From Serratia bockelmannii (GTDB lineage Bacteria; Pseudomonadota; Gammaproteobacteria; Enterobacterales; Enterobacteriaceae), in the NCBI RefSeq assembly GCF_008011855.1, contig NZ_VOUX01000024.1, positions 46,160 through 70,159 of the forward strand: DNA of 24,000 nt. Reading direction: 5' to 3'. How positions within the stretch are numbered: position 1 is the stretch's first letter; the number at the start of each line of letters is the position of its first letter. This document shows, piece by piece, positions 23,866 to 24,000 of the stretch. The position numbers and the translations under genes are program-made. Below the pieces are notes generated by a model, which was given only the letters and a program-made list of their open reading frames with translations, did no database searches and was not told where the DNA came from.

Positions 23866-23955
23866 CCAATAATTAGTATTGCATTATAAGCACAAATCCT
23901 TCTGCATTCCTCCTGAGATCCGAAAACCCCAATAATCGGAAATGCCGTACCTGAG
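23866..23955. repeat. Copy 3 of the shared intergenic element (extended form)
   Basis: TATTGCATTATAAGCA...TCCTTCTGCATTCCTCCTGAGATCCGAAAACCCCAATAATCGGAAATGCCGTACCTGAG. The core is at 23916-23930, 291 nt upstream of the CD-NTase ATG. Confidence 0.7.
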
Positions 23956-24000
23956 CCGTCAGGCTGACCGGATGATATAGTGGATTCTCGAACCGGAACG

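Overview
The window looks like the accessory region of an enterobacterial (Klebsiella/Enterobacter-like) iteron plasmid. I found no tRNA, rRNA, CRISPR array, transposase or integrase. Left to right it contains: (i) the 5' end of a Rep_3 initiator gene, with 22-bp iterons, an AT-rich tract and a DnaA box (oriV); (ii) a low-GC OafA-type acyltransferase; (iii) an SOS module (consensus LexA box, umuD, umuC) next to an SRAP/YedK-like gene; (iv) an unassigned plus-strand cluster (57-aa membrane peptide, 331-aa unknown, STM2901-like membrane protein, DUF1493-like protein); (v) a low-GC block with a short DUF4263/Shedu-like nuclease and a promoter-led 56-aa + 313-aa pair; (vi) a very GC-rich 356-aa gene with an RHH-like N-terminus, coupled to a KAP P-loop NTPase; (vii) a LexA-box-controlled pore-forming colicin (colicin B-like TonB box, colicin Ia-like pore domain), its Ia-type immunity gene and a signal-peptide-bearing TonB C-terminal-domain protein; (viii) a GIY-YIG/HTH protein; (ix) a PHP + SMC-like ATPase with PplA-type architecture; (x) a minimal type I CBASS (CD-NTase + 4TM effector). 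Four observations seem most worth following up. First, the RHH-356aa + KAP NTPase pair. Second, that 356-aa gene occurs three times (one intact copy, one frameshifted 3' half, one ~100-bp relic), bracketing different cargo. Third, an intergenic element with an invariant 15-nt core lies upstream of three different minus-strand defence operons. Fourth, the secreted TonB-CTD protein may act as a decoy alongside the TonB-dependent colicin. All family assignments come from motif recognition by eye, with no database search.
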